DNA from: Beutenbergiaceae bacterium
GTDB lineage: Bacteria; Actinomycetota; Actinomycetes; Actinomycetales; Beutenbergiaceae
Assembly (NCBI GenBank): GCA_048594865.1
Contig: JBMDWZ010000076.1
Span: 5,111 to 69,110, forward strand
Length of the DNA: 64,000 nucleotides
Reading direction: 5' to 3'
The notes under the pieces are model-generated. The model saw nothing but the letters and a program-made list of their open reading frames with translations, searched no databases and was not told the DNA's origin. This document shows, piece by piece, positions 10,156-20,448 of this stretch; the stretch's first letter is position 1; each line of letters opens with the position of its first letter. Made by a program: the position numbers and the translations under genes.

Positions 10156-11243
10156 TCAGCGTAGAAGATGCCCACGCCGAGGGATACGAACAACGCCGCG
10201 ATGATCCAGAACCGGATCACGATCGTCACCTCACCCCAACCCATGAGTTCGAAGTGGTGGTGCAAGGGCGCCATCTTGAACACGCGTTTGCCGGTCATCT
10301 TGAACCAGCCGATTTGGATGACGTCGGAAAGCACGATCAACACGAACAGTCCACCGATGATCGCGGCCAGCACTTCGGTGCGGGTCAGGATCGACAGCCC
10401 AGCCAGCGCCCCGCCCAGGGCAAGTGACCCGGTGTCGCCCATGAAGATTTTGGCCGGTGAAGCGTTCCACCACAGGAAGCCCAAGCAGGCCCCGACGATC
10501 GCGGCGGCGATGATGGACAGGTCGCGCGGGTCACGCACCTCGTAGCAGTTCGCTGCCTCTTCGGCGATCATCTGCGCCTGGGTGACGATCTGGCAGTTCT
10601 GGTTCGCCTGCCACATGGTCACCACCACGTAAGCACCGAACACGAACATCGACACCCCGGTCGCCAAGCCGTCCAGTCCGTCGGTGAGGTTGACCGCGTT
10701 GGACCAGGCGGTGATGAGGAAGTTCGCCCAGATGATGAACAGCACCAGTCCCACACCGGCGCCGAAGAACGCGAGGTCGAGGCCGGAGATGTCACGAGTG
10801 AAGGAAATCTGGGTGGAGGCCGGCGTCCGGAACCGCTCGTTGGGGAACTGCAGCACCAGCACCGAGAAGGTGATGCCGATGACGCCTTGGCCGATGATCT
10901 TCCACAGCGGACTCAACCCCAAGGAGCGCTGCCGGGAGATCTTGATGAAGTCGTCCAGGAATCCGATCAGCCCAAGGCCCACCATTAGGAACAACAGCAA
11001 CAGTCCCGAGGCGTTGGGCATCCGCCCGGAAATCACGTTCGCCACGGCGTAGCCGATGACGGTGGCGGCGATGATCACCACCCCGCCCATGGTGGGCGTT
11101 CCACGCTTGGTGAAGTGCGCCGTGGGTCCGTCTTGACGGATGAATTGGCCGTAGTTGTGCTTCACCAGGAACCGGATGAAGACCGGTGTTCCCAGCAGCG
11201 AAACGATCATCGCGACCGCGCCGCTGGAAAGGACCGCGATCAT
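10140..11243 (-). CDS. mraY: Phospho-N-acetylmuramoyl-pentapeptide transferase
   Basis: Polytopic membrane protein with MraY motifs ([42 protein letters not shown]). The ATG at 11243 overlaps the murF stop (ATGA); the longest ORF extends to 11276. Confidence 0.95.
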   Translation of the reverse strand: MIAVLSSGAVAMIVSLLGTPVFIRFLVKHNYGQFIRQDGPTAHFTKRGTPTMGGVVIIAATVIGYAVANVISGRMPNASGLLLLFLMVGLGLIGFLDDFIKISRQRSLGLSPLWKIIGQGVIGITFSVLVLQFPNERFRTPASTQISFTRDISGLDLAFFGAGVGLVLFIIWANFLITAWSNAVNLTDGLDGLATGVSMFVFGAYVVVTMWQANQNCQIVTQAQMIAEEAANCYEVRDPRDLSIIAAAIVGACLGFLWWNASPAKIFMGDTGSLALGGALAGLSILTRTEVLAAIIGGLFVLIVLSDVIQIGWFKMTGKRVFKMAPLHHHFELMGWGEVTIVIRFWIIAALFVSLGVGIFYAEWVVT

Positions 11244-12646
11244 CGGTTGCCTTCTAGTTCGGAGACAACGCGCCACAGTTGCACACCGTTGGAGGCCTTG
11301 ACCAGCACTACATCGCCGGACTTGGCCGAGCGGCGTAGTCGGCTGACCGCCTCGGTGACCCCGGTGGCCCTGGTGACCTCACGCTCGGGCATTCCGGCCG
11401 CCAGCGCCCCCTCGGCGATCGGACGTGCCTCACCCTCAACGGCGATCAGTTGGTCGACGCCAAGGTTCGCTGCGTACTGACCAACACCCGTGTGCTCGGC
11501 GGTGGAATCCGGACCCAGTTCACGCATCGGTCCAAGGACGGCGATGGCGCGGCCGCCGGAGGTTTTGGCCATGTCCGCCAGGGCCCGCAAGGCGGCACGC
11601 ATGGAGTCGGGGTTGGCGTTGTAGGCGTCATCGATGATCGTGACGCCGCTGGAGGTTTTGTGCACGTCCATACGGTGCGGGCTACGGGCGAAGGAGGTGC
11701 CCAGCAGCGCAGCGATCTGCGGCAGGTCCAATTGCAACTCCCGCGCTACCGCGGCAGCGGCCAAGGCGTTGGAGACTTGGTGCTCACCGAATAGCGCTAA
11801 CGCCACCGGCACCTGCCCGGTGGGCGTGCTGAGCGTGAATCGGGGGCGCCCGGCGTCATCGGTGCTGACATCGCTGGCTTGGACTTCGGCTCCGGAACCG
11901 GTGCCGTACACAACGGTGCGTTCACCGGCCACGAGTGGCGCCATGGCCGCGACCCGCGCGTCGTCGCCGTTGAGGATGGCCACGCCCTGGGGTCGCATCC
12001 CTTGAACCAGTTCAGCTTTGGCGGTCGCAACCGCTTCGATCGTGCCGAATCCGCCCAGGTGCGCACGACCCACAGCAAGGACGACGGCGATGTCCGGTGC
12101 GGCGATCGAGGTCAGGTAGGTGAGGTTCCCCGGTGCGTCCGCGCCCATCTCTAGAACCAGCACGGCGGTGTCGGCGGTGGCGCGCAGCACCGTCAGCGGC
12201 AGGCCGACTTCGTTGTTGTAGGACCCGGCCGGGGCGATCACTTCACCCTTGCCCTCGAGCACCGAGGCGAGCAGGTCCTTGGTGGAAGTTTTACCCACAG
12301 ATCCGGTGATGGCGACCACCACCGGCGCCTTGGGCTGCTGGCGGAGCTGGTCCAGGACGAAGCGGGCCAGGTCTCCCAGAGCCGTCTCGGTGTCGGTGAC
12401 CACGACCTGGGCCAGCGCGGCACCGTGGACTTCGCGAGAGACCAGCGCGGCGACCGCGCCACCCTCGCTGGCCGCGCCCAGGTAGTGGTGCCCGTCCACG
12501 CGCGCGCCGCGCAATGCCACGAATAGGGAGTTGTGGGCCACTCGGCGGGAGTCGGTGACGACCGGCCCGTCGAGTTGGAGCCCGGGGTCACCAACGACCC
12601 GCCCGCCGGTCGCGTCGGCGATCTGGGCCAGCGTCAGCGCGATCAT
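11240..12646 (-). CDS. murF: UDP-MurNAc-tripeptide--D-alanyl-D-alanine ligase
   Basis: 468-aa ORF with the Mur ligase P-loop [12 protein letters not shown]. It has an ATGA overlap with murE and sits at the canonical position. Confidence 0.93.
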   Translation of the reverse strand: MIALTLAQIADATGGRVVGDPGLQLDGPVVTDSRRVAHNSLFVALRGARVDGHHYLGAASEGGAVAALVSREVHGAALAQVVVTDTETALGDLARFVLDQLRQQPKAPVVVAITGSVGKTSTKDLLASVLEGKGEVIAPAGSYNNEVGLPLTVLRATADTAVLVLEMGADAPGNLTYLTSIAAPDIAVVLAVGRAHLGGFGTIEAVATAKAELVQGMRPQGVAILNGDDARVAAMAPLVAGERTVVYGTGSGAEVQASDVSTDDAGRPRFTLSTPTGQVPVALALFGEHQVSNALAAAAVARELQLDLPQIAALLGTSFARSPHRMDVHKTSSGVTIIDDAYNANPDSMRAALRALADMAKTSGGRAIAVLGPMRELGPDSTAEHTGVGQYAANLGVDQLIAVEGEARPIAEGALAAGMPEREVTRATGVTEAVSRLRRSAKSGDVVLVKASNGVQLWRVVSELEGNR

Positions 12647-14205
12647 GGTGTGTCCTTTGGGGTCGCAGCCTCGCCTCGCCGTGCCATCGCGCTGCGTACC
12701 TCCGCTCGGTCATCGAGGTGATGGTCCACCCCGGCAATCTCCTGCACGGTCTCGTGTCCTCGACCGGCTATGAGAACCGTATCCGCTGCGGCGGCCAATT
12801 CGATGGCACGCGCGATTGCCGCCTGTCGCGGGGCGACCTCTTGCAGTTCGCGTGGTCGGCCGGCTGCACGCTCATCTTCCAGGGCCTGGGCCGCGCCGGT
12901 GAGCACCTCCCGGCGAATCTGAGCGGCATCTTCATTGTGTGGATCGTCGTCGGTGACGATGGTCACGTCCGCACCGCGGACCGCGACTGCTCCCATATGC
13001 GGGCGTTTGGTCTTATCTCGATCGCCGGTGGCCCCGAACACGAGCAGGACCCGACCCCGAGCACCGGCGCGTGCCGCAGCCAGCGCCTGTTCCAACGCTT
13101 GGGTGTTGTGGGCGAAGTCCACGATCACCCGGGGTTCGGTGGCCACCACCTGCATCCGGCCGGGCACCACCGGGTTCAGCGTGCCGCCAAGGGCGGCGTG
13201 CACCTGCTCGCAGGTGTAGCCGGCGGTGATGACCATGACGATGGCCAGGGCAGCGTTGGCCACGTTGAAGTCACCGGGTAGCCCCAGCGACACCCGTAGG
13301 TGCTGCTCGCCCGGGCCGGTCAGGGTGAGGTCGGTTCCCGACGGCGAAGCATCGGCCCGCGTGATCATCCAGTCCGCGGTGGTGCCGTTGGTGGCGACCG
13401 TGACCATCGGCAGGCCCGAGCGCTCCGCCAGCTGGGTGCCCCACTCGTCGTCGATGAGCACCACCCCGCGGGCGGACCGCTCGGCAGTGAAGAGCGAGGC
13501 CTTGGCCTCGAAGTAGTTGCGCATGTCACCGTGCAGGTCCAGGTGATCGGGGGTGAGGTTGGTGAACCCGGCAACGTCGTAGCGCAGGCCATCGACCCGG
13601 TGCAGCGCAAGAGCGTGCGAGGAGACCTCCATGACGGCGTCACTGACGCCGGCGTCCCGCATCTGGGCGAATAGCCCATGCAGGGCCGGGGCCTCGGGGG
13701 TGGTGAGCTTGGCCGGCTCACGATGGGTGCCGACCTTGAGTTCTACGGTGCCGATCATCCCGGTGGTGGCGCCCAGAGCACTCAGGATGTGTTCGATCAT
13801 GTAGGACGTGGTGGTCTTGCCGTTGGTGCCGGTGACCGCGAACGTCGTTAACGCATCCGCTGGGCGGTTGTGCACCCATGCGGCCAGATTTCCAAGGATC
13901 GCGCGGGGCTCGCTGGCGATGAGGACCGGAACGTCCGGCACCGATCCTGCCAAGGAGGCGGCGCCGTCGTCGTCGGTGAGGATCGCGACCGCCCCACGGG
14001 CGGCCGCATCGGCAGCGAACCTGGCGCCGTGGGTGTGGGCTCCTGGGAGCGCGGCGAACAGTTGCCCGGGGCCCACGGACCGGTTGTCGAGGCTGACGCC
14101 GCGAAGTTCGGCGTCGCCCACGTCCCCGTGGCGCACCTGAAGGCCGAACTCACGGGTGAGTTCGGCCAGGGTGCGCCGGGACTCGGCACCTGACATTGCG
14201 TTCAT
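12643..14205 (-). CDS. murE: UDP-MurNAc-L-Ala-D-Glu--2,6-diaminopimelate ligase
   Basis: 520-aa ORF with the P-loop [13 protein letters not shown] and the C-terminal DDPHNED segment typical of MurE. Confidence 0.95.
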   Translation of the reverse strand: MNAMSGAESRRTLAELTREFGLQVRHGDVGDAELRGVSLDNRSVGPGQLFAALPGAHTHGARFAADAAARGAVAILTDDDGAASLAGSVPDVPVLIASEPRAILGNLAAWVHNRPADALTTFAVTGTNGKTTTSYMIEHILSALGATTGMIGTVELKVGTHREPAKLTTPEAPALHGLFAQMRDAGVSDAVMEVSSHALALHRVDGLRYDVAGFTNLTPDHLDLHGDMRNYFEAKASLFTAERSARGVVLIDDEWGTQLAERSGLPMVTVATNGTTADWMITRADASPSGTDLTLTGPGEQHLRVSLGLPGDFNVANAALAIVMVITAGYTCEQVHAALGGTLNPVVPGRMQVVATEPRVIVDFAHNTQALEQALAAARAGARGRVLLVFGATGDRDKTKRPHMGAVAVRGADVTIVTDDDPHNEDAAQIRREVLTGAAQALEDERAAGRPRELQEVAPRQAAIARAIELAAAADTVLIAGRGHETVQEIAGVDHHLDDRAEVRSAMARRGEAATPKDTP

Positions 14206-14223
14206 GATTCCTAGTATCGGGCC

Positions 14224-15996
14224 TCAGGAATCGTCTTGCGGATACAGCGGGTACAAGTCCGGCTCCTGCGTCGAGGGCGGTACCCCCATGTCCTGCAAGG
14301 TGAAGGCGGCAACGTCGTGGAACACCGGGGCGGCCACGACCGAGCCGTAGATTCCTTCGGGGTTGACCACGACCACGCCGATCGCGATCTTCGGGTCCTC
14401 CGCTGGTGCGACGCCCACGAAGGACGCGGCCCGGCCATCGAGGCCACCATTACCGTCGGGGATTTCTGCGGTTCCGGTCTTGCCGGCCACCCGATAGCCC
14501 TCCAGGGCCGCCCGGGTACCGGAACTGCCCTCACGGACACTGGATTCCAGCATGGTCACCAGTTCGCCGGTGCTTTCGGGTGAGGCAACCTGGACCGGAT
14601 CGTCCGAGGCCACCTCTTCGTACCCGTCTTCACAGGAGTACCCATCGATGATCCGCGGTGTGACCGCCATCCCCTGGTTGCCGATGGTGGCGAAGACCTG
14701 GGTGTTGGCCACCAGGTTGACGTTCACGCTCTGCCCGAACATGGTCACGTACTGGGTGCGTCCGTCCCAGTCGGAGTAGTGGCTGAGCAGACCGGCGCTC
14801 TCCCCCGGCAGTCCCATGCCGGTGCGGTCGCCCCAGCCCATGGCCCGCATGTAGTTGTAGCGGGTCTCATTGGACATCCGGTCACCGATCATCACAGTGG
14901 AAGTATTCGCGGACTCGGCGAGCACACCGGTCGCGGTGAGCTGCTGGTCGGGGTGATAGGTGTGGTCGGAGAAGGTTTGCCCGTTCGGCATGGTGTGCCG
15001 GTAGGGGTTATCGATGACTTCATCGGGTTCCACGACGCCCTCTTCCAGGGCCGAGAGCATCGTCAACACCTTGCCCGTGGAGCCGGGATCGAAGGCGGCC
15101 TGTACCGACCGGGCTCCCCGATCTTCCTCATCGGTGTCCATCGGGTTGTTGGGGTCCACGGCGCCCGAGTCGGCCAGCGCCAAGATTCGGCCGGTTCCGA
15201 TTTCGATGGCGGTCACTGCGCCCCAATCGGCGCCTTGTTCCTCGACCATGTCGTCGATGACTTTCTGGGCGTTCCACTGAACATCGGCGTTGATGGTCAG
15301 CTGCACGTCACAGCCGGGGATCGCGGGGGTGCTCTCCTGGCGGCCGGTCGGGATGATCTGTCCACCAGCACCGATCTCAACCTCGCTGGTGCCGGGGGTT
15401 CCGAGGAGTCGTTCGTTGAGGGTGGATTCCACGCCCGCGGCCCCATCGCCCTCGGAGTTCACCCACCCCAGAATGTTGCCGGCGGTGGTGCCGTTGGGGT
15501 ACACCCGCTGCGGGGAACGCTCGGGAGTGATTCCGTTGATTCCCAGTTCCCGGACCGCTTGCCAGGTCTCGGGAGTGACGTTGCGGGCGAGCCGGTGGTA
15601 GCCCTTGTCTCCTACCAGCTCGGCGCCCAAGGTGGCGGGGTCTCGGTCCAGGATGGGCGCCAATGCTTGGGCGGCGGCGACAGCGCCGACGCCCACCACC
15701 TCATCGCCATCGCGCAGGGTGAAATCTGGGATCTGCCGCTGGTCGACGATGATGTCGTAGGTTTCCACGCTGGTGGCCAGCACGGTTCCTTCGGAGTCCA
15801 GGATCTCCCCGCGCGGAGCGGACAGGGTGCTGGGTACGGTCCGCTCGCTCATCGCCGCCTCGGCGAGACCCGGACCGGCGATCGCCTGCACGTACACCAG
15901 CCGGGCAGCGAAAACCAGCACCACCACGAGGATCATGGCCAGCAGGATATTTTGACGCCGAGTGGGTGAACCGACCCCGGTCAACGATCCCGCCAT
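14224..15996 (-). CDS. ftsI: Division-specific class B penicillin-binding protein (FtsI/PbpB)
   Basis: 590-aa ORF with an N-terminal TM segment and the transpeptidase motifs STGK (FDPGSTGKV), SAN (AESANTS) and KTGT (AGKTGTAE). Confidence 0.93.
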   Translation of the reverse strand: MAGSLTGVGSPTRRQNILLAMILVVVLVFAARLVYVQAIAGPGLAEAAMSERTVPSTLSAPRGEILDSEGTVLATSVETYDIIVDQRQIPDFTLRDGDEVVGVGAVAAAQALAPILDRDPATLGAELVGDKGYHRLARNVTPETWQAVRELGINGITPERSPQRVYPNGTTAGNILGWVNSEGDGAAGVESTLNERLLGTPGTSEVEIGAGGQIIPTGRQESTPAIPGCDVQLTINADVQWNAQKVIDDMVEEQGADWGAVTAIEIGTGRILALADSGAVDPNNPMDTDEEDRGARSVQAAFDPGSTGKVLTMLSALEEGVVEPDEVIDNPYRHTMPNGQTFSDHTYHPDQQLTATGVLAESANTSTVMIGDRMSNETRYNYMRAMGWGDRTGMGLPGESAGLLSHYSDWDGRTQYVTMFGQSVNVNLVANTQVFATIGNQGMAVTPRIIDGYSCEDGYEEVASDDPVQVASPESTGELVTMLESSVREGSSGTRAALEGYRVAGKTGTAEIPDGNGGLDGRAASFVGVAPAEDPKIAIGVVVVNPEGIYGSVVAAPVFHDVAAFTLQDMGVPPSTQEPDLYPLYPQDDS

Positions 15997-16391
15997 CAGT
16001 CATCTCCGATCAGGGTGCTCGCCGGCCCCAGGATCGAGCCGTCGGACAGGTTGAGGTAGCTGGTCTCTTCGGCTTTCTCCATGCCCAGCTCCTGCGCAGC
16101 CGCGGCGAGGGTCGCGGGCGAACCCGAGGCCACCACCTGCTGCGACAGGGTCTGTTGGTGCTCGGACAGGCGCGCGAGCTCGGCCCGCTGGTCATACATT
16201 TCGTAAGCGGTTGAGGCCATCGCGGTGTTCAGCATCAGGGCCCCCAGCAACGCGCCGATGAGGATCGTCACGCATAGAAAGGCGAACGGCACGAACGACC
16301 GAGGGCTGGAGGGGCTGCGGACAATCTGCAGCCGCGGGATTCGGGAGCTGACTCCGCGGGTGGCTGGCGCTCTCAGCGGCACTGCACTCAT
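15996..16391 (-). CDS. ftsL: Cell division protein FtsL-like (single-pass membrane, coiled-coil)
   Basis: 131-aa ORF with one TM segment (FAFLCVTILIGALLGALML) followed by a heptad-like segment. It lies between rsmH and ftsI with 1- and 4-nt overlaps. The call rests on position and topology. Confidence 0.7.
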   Translation of the reverse strand: MSAVPLRAPATRGVSSRIPRLQIVRSPSSPRSFVPFAFLCVTILIGALLGALMLNTAMASTAYEMYDQRAELARLSEHQQTLSQQVVASGSPATLAAAAQELGMEKAEETSYLNLSDGSILGPASTLIGDD

Positions 16392-17374
16392 TGCTGGCCT
16401 CCCAGATGTGTCGGTGTCGGTCGCAGGCGTTGCACGGCACGGAGTTTTACCGAGGCCGACCGTGGGTTGGCTTGTTGCTCGGCGGCATCGGCCGATTCGG
16501 CGCCCCGAGTGAGGTTCTTCAGGTACGGCTCGTGGCCGGCGAGCTCGGTGGGCAAATCCAAAGGAGTGGTAGAGGTGGTGCCGGCGCGGAACGCGGACTT
16601 CACCATCCGGTCTTCCAGGGAGTGGTAGGACATCACCACTACCCGGCCGCCCACGGCCACCGACTCGATGGCCGCCGGCAGTGCGCGGCCCAGGACGTCC
16701 AGCTCGGTGTTCACCGCGATCCGCAGCGCCTGGAAGGTGCGCTTGGCAGGGTTGCCGCCGGTGCGCCGACCGGCCTGCGGAATCGCGTTGCGAATGAGGT
16801 CAACGAATTCGTCGCTGTGAGTGATGGGCGATTCTGCCCGGCGGCGCACGATTGCCGAAGCGATCCGGCCGGCGAACCGCTCCTCGCCGTAGTCGCGAAT
16901 CACTCGGCGCAGTTCACCCTCGGTGGCCTCGGCGAGGAACTGTGCCGCGCTGGTGCCGCGGGTTTGGTCCATCCGCATGTCCAGCGGGGCGTTTTGGGCG
17001 TATGCGAATCCGCGCTCGGGCCGGTCCAACTGCAGGGAGGAGACGCCCAGGTCGAACAGGATGCCCGCCGCTCCTTGCGAGCGGCTCGCCACGACGTCGT
17101 CGATCTCGTCGAAGACGGCGTGCACGGCTTCGAAGCGGTCACCGAAGCGAGCCAGGCGCGCCGAGGCGATCTCGAGCGCTTGGGGGTCGCGGTCGATTCC
17201 CACGACCGTCAGGTCGGGGTGGGCCTGGAGCATCAGTTCGCTGTGTCCGCCCATGCCCAATGTGGCATCGACGGCGAGCGCCCCGGGCGCCTGGATCGCC
17301 GGGGCCAGCAGGTCGGCGCAGCGCTGCGCTAGCACCGGTGTGTGCAGGTCACCGGCTGGGTGCTGGGAGCTCAT
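16388..17374 (-). CDS. rsmH: 16S rRNA (cytosine1402-N4)-methyltransferase
   Basis: Contains HTPVL...VDATLGMGGHSE and DLGVSSLQLD motifs. The ATG at 17374 is preceded by GGAAGGG. The longest ORF (to 17536) would overlap the mraZ stop and adds a non-conserved-looking tail. Confidence 0.92.
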   Translation of the reverse strand: MSSQHPAGDLHTPVLAQRCADLLAPAIQAPGALAVDATLGMGGHSELMLQAHPDLTVVGIDRDPQALEIASARLARFGDRFEAVHAVFDEIDDVVASRSQGAAGILFDLGVSSLQLDRPERGFAYAQNAPLDMRMDQTRGTSAAQFLAEATEGELRRVIRDYGEERFAGRIASAIVRRRAESPITHSDEFVDLIRNAIPQAGRRTGGNPAKRTFQALRIAVNTELDVLGRALPAAIESVAVGGRVVVMSYHSLEDRMVKSAFRAGTTSTTPLDLPTELAGHEPYLKNLTRGAESADAAEQQANPRSASVKLRAVQRLRPTPTHLGGQQ

Positions 17375-17532
17375 CTGCCCTTCCTGACGCTCGTTGTACT
17401 CGGTGGATCGCATGAGGTGGCCGGTCCGTGGCGCACTGTGCCGCCCAACCAGGACTCCCCCCGCTTGCTCTGGCGCCGGGGAAGTGCGCCAGAGTTGCGG
17501 TGAGAGACCTCGCTGGGCGGAAACAGTTGTCA

Positions 17533-17961
17533 TCACAGTCCGGGCACAACCTCTTCGGTGAGTTCGGCAAATGCCTGCTCAGAGGTGGCCAGGTACTCGG
17601 TCCAGGCACCCGCATCCCAGATTTCGATCTTCGATCCAGAACCGATGACCGCCAACTCCCGGTCCAGTGCTGCGTACTTGCGCAGGATCGGTGGGATCGT
17701 CAGCCGGCCTTGCTTGTCCGGGATTTCGTCGCTGGCGCCGGAGAGGAACACCCGCTGGAAGTCCCGCGCCTGCTTGGAGGTGAGCGAGGCGGACTGCATT
17801 TGGGAGTGAACCCGCTCGAACTCCGAGCGCGGGAACCCATACAGGCACCGCTCCTGGCCACGGGTAATCACGATCCCGGGGGCGAGCGCCTCACGGAACT
17901 TGGCAGGCAGGATCAGGCGGCCCTTGTCGTCCAACCTCGGTTCGTACGTACCAAGAAACAT
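17533..17961 (-). CDS. mraZ: Transcriptional regulator MraZ
   Basis: 142-aa ORF starting [24 protein letters not shown], with a second DxxGR motif ([10 protein letters not shown]). It is the first gene of the dcw cluster. Confidence 0.95.
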   Translation of the reverse strand: MFLGTYEPRLDDKGRLILPAKFREALAPGIVITRGQERCLYGFPRSEFERVHSQMQSASLTSKQARDFQRVFLSGASDEIPDKQGRLTIPPILRKYAALDRELAVIGSGSKIEIWDAGAWTEYLATSEQAFAELTEEVVPGL

Positions 17962-18004
17962 GTGCCACCCCCTCCTGCGTGTGACGCCCTATCGATCCGG
18001 ATCA

Positions 18005-18030
18005 CCCCACTTTACTCCACATCTCCCCAC
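18005..18030 (-). promoter_or_regulatory. Candidate MraZ operator: three direct GTGGRG boxes at exact 10-bp spacing
   Basis: The plus strand shows ccccac (18005-18010), ctccac (18015-18020) and ccccac (18025-18030). On the mraZ strand this reads GTGGGG-AGAT-GTGGAG-TAAA-GTGGGG, 44-69 nt upstream of the mraZ ATG. It matches the published MraZ site architecture of direct GTGGG-like repeats with a 10-bp period. Confidence 0.6.
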
Positions 18031-18313
18031 AGTCAATCGGAATCAAGGCTTTGTGGCCGCGTGTCGTAGGCGTTTTCGCAGGTCAGGAGTGGTGGTTTGA
18101 AGTGGAGGGAAAAGCCCGCTCCCTCCCTGCGTTCAGGCGCGCCGCCGCGCTTTGGCGGGACACAGATCGTGTCTACTGCCGCGATTTCGCAGATATGCTC
18201 AGCCAAAGCAGCAACCGTGGAGGAAAGTGGGGAACCCCAGTGAGAGCGACCACCAGGCCAACTCCGCGCCAGGAGCAGACACAGCCCTCGCCCAGGTGTG
18301 AAACGGTTGTCGT

Positions 18314-19261
18314 ATGACAACTTCCGCGGCCACCTCTGCTGTGCAGGTCAGCACGGCACTGACCACCAACCTGTCCGCCGTGTTGCGGGGGCGCCCGGAC
18401 ACCGTGCGTGCTGCGGTCGCCGCATTCCTCGCCCAGGGGCATCTGCTCATCGAAGACGTGCCCGGGGTGGGTAAGACCACGCTCGCCAAAGCCCTGGCCC
18501 GGGCGGTAGGCGGAACGCTAGGTCGGGTGCAGTTCACCCCCGACCTACTGCCCAGCGACCTGACCGGCGTCAGCGTCTACCGCAGCGAGTCCGGCGATTT
18601 TGAGTTCCACCCCGGACCGTTGTTCGCCACCGTAGTGATCGGCGATGAAATCAACCGCGCCTCCCCCAAGACTCAATCGGCCTTGCTGGAGTGCATGGCC
18701 GAACGGCAGGTCACGGTCGATGGCACCTCCCACCCACTCCCTAAGCCGTTCATGGTGATCGCGACCCAAAACCCGGTGGAAATGGCGGGCACCTACCCGT
18801 TACCCGAGGCGCAGCGGGACCGTTTCATGGCCCAGGTCAGCATCGGCTACCCACCCGCCGACGCCGAGCTCGATCTCCTGGCGACCGGCGGCTTCGCCGA
18901 TCCGCTCGCAACCCTGGGCGCCCCCTTGAGCATCGAGGAAGTGCGCGCTGCTCAGCGGGCGGTCGAGGGCACCTACGCCTCGAGTGCGATCGCCCGATAC
19001 GTTCTGGAACTGTTGCGCCGCACCCGTAAACACCCCGATGTTGCTTTGGGCGCCTCGCCCCGGGCTGGTCTGCAACTGCTGGCGATGTCCAAGGCCATGG
19101 CGTTGATCGGGCAACGAGACTTCGTCATTCCCGACGACGTGCAATCGGTTGCCGTTCCGGTGCTGGCGCACCGGCTTGCCTTGCGGCGTAGCGCGTCGGT
19201 GGGCGCACCAGACCTGATTGCTCAGATCCTGGCGGACGTTCCGATCCCCAGCGCGAACTGA
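18314..19261 (+). CDS. MoxR-family AAA+ ATPase
   Basis: 315-aa ORF with Walker A EDVPGVGKTTLAKA, Walker B VVIGDEINRASPKTQSALLE and ATQNPVEMAGTYPLPEAQRDRF, all typical of MoxR/RavA-like ATPases. Confidence 0.9.
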   Translation: MTTSAATSAVQVSTALTTNLSAVLRGRPDTVRAAVAAFLAQGHLLIEDVPGVGKTTLAKALARAVGGTLGRVQFTPDLLPSDLTGVSVYRSESGDFEFHPGPLFATVVIGDEINRASPKTQSALLECMAERQVTVDGTSHPLPKPFMVIATQNPVEMAGTYPLPEAQRDRFMAQVSIGYPPADAELDLLATGGFADPLATLGAPLSIEEVRAAQRAVEGTYASSAIARYVLELLRRTRKHPDVALGASPRAGLQLLAMSKAMALIGQRDFVIPDDVQSVAVPVLAHRLALRRSASVGAPDLIAQILADVPIPSAN

Positions 19262-19263
19262 CG

Positions 19264-20448
19264 ATGCGCCCGACTCCTCGCGGGATCGCGCTCGGGGCCG
19301 CAGGTGCGGTCCTGGCGATCGTGGCTGCCTCCACCTCCAGCCTGGTCCTGGCGAGGATCGCGGCGGTGCCGTTGATGGTGGTGGCGCTGGCCGCCATCTG
19401 GATCGTGGTCAGCCGTAAACAGAGCGAACGAGTGCGGCTGCAGCGACGTATCAGCCCGCCGAGGCCCACTGTCGGACAGATCGCCACCGTGCACCTGTCG
19501 GTCGCCGGTGGAACCCTTCCCACCTTCGCCCGGCTGCGCGAGCGCACCCCCTCGGGCACCGTTCACCAACGGCCCACCGCAGTGGGCAATCGGCGAAACG
19601 AATGGGCCTACAAGGTGCAGCCCGGGCAGCGCGGTTATCACCTGCTGGGTCCCTCCACTGTGCTCCATGGTGACCCGCTGGGTGTGCTCCGATGGAGCGT
19701 CCAGGGTGACGCCGGCGGACACATGTTGGTGTGGCCGCGCCGCGCGCATCTAGATCAAAGCTTGCCGCTGGCGGACCTGCAGGGCTCCGAACACTCCCCC
19801 ACCGGCACCCCGCATCGGTCGGTCGAAGACTTGACGCTGCGGGAGTACGTGGTGGGCGACGACGTTCACCGGGTGCACTGGCGGTCCTCGGCACGGCGCG
19901 GCGAACTCATGGTCAGGGCCGACGAGCCGTCCAACCCCTTCACCATCGATATGTTCCTGAGCGTGGGCCGCACCGGGATGGGCACCGAGTGGGCCACGAG
20001 CGCGTTCGCCTCGCTGGCGGTGGCAGTGATCGATTCCAATATTCCGGTCCAACTGCACCTGTGTCGTGAGGTGTGGCAGTCCACCGAGCCGGAGTTATTC
20101 AACGGACATGTCACCGACACCTTCGATGCCCTGGACCAGATTGCGCCGGCGACGCGAGCGCCCGCCGCCCTACAGGCCGAGCAACTCACCGGCCTGCGGC
20201 AGGCCGGCCCGTGCCTGGTGGCCGTGCTCACCGAACCCGACGAATCGCTCATCGAGAACTTGGTCGGGCTGGCGAACAACCGGCGCGCTTACGCCTTGAT
20301 CGTCATGGAAAAGGGGCAACTGCCTTCCGGGGCCCGCCACCTGCAGCGGCACGGGTGGATTGTCATCGGGGTACGCGCCCAGGCACACACCCAAACGATC
20401 GCGGCGGTATGGAAAGAATTGCTGGACCCGGCGATGGCGGGGCGATGA
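19264..20448 (+). CDS. DUF58 domain protein (MoxR partner)
   Basis: 394-aa ORF with two N-terminal TM helices and the DUF58 hallmark REYVVGDDVHRVHWRSSARRGELMVR. It starts 3 nt after the MoxR stop. Confidence 0.85.
   Translation: MRPTPRGIALGAAGAVLAIVAASTSSLVLARIAAVPLMVVALAAIWIVVSRKQSERVRLQRRISPPRPTVGQIATVHLSVAGGTLPTFARLRERTPSGTVHQRPTAVGNRRNEWAYKVQPGQRGYHLLGPSTVLHGDPLGVLRWSVQGDAGGHMLVWPRRAHLDQSLPLADLQGSEHSPTGTPHRSVEDLTLREYVVGDDVHRVHWRSSARRGELMVRADEPSNPFTIDMFLSVGRTGMGTEWATSAFASLAVAVIDSNIPVQLHLCREVWQSTEPELFNGHVTDTFDALDQIAPATRAPAALQAEQLTGLRQAGPCLVAVLTEPDESLIENLVGLANNRRAYALIVMEKGQLPSGARHLQRHGWIVIGVRAQAHTQTIAAVWKELLDPAMAGR

Noticed and set aside
18104-18126. GGAGGGA-N9-TCCCTCC hairpin, considered as an intrinsic terminator.
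   Set aside because: There is no U-tract on either strand, and it sits inside a divergent promoter region. I kept it only as a possible part of a structured mraZ leader.
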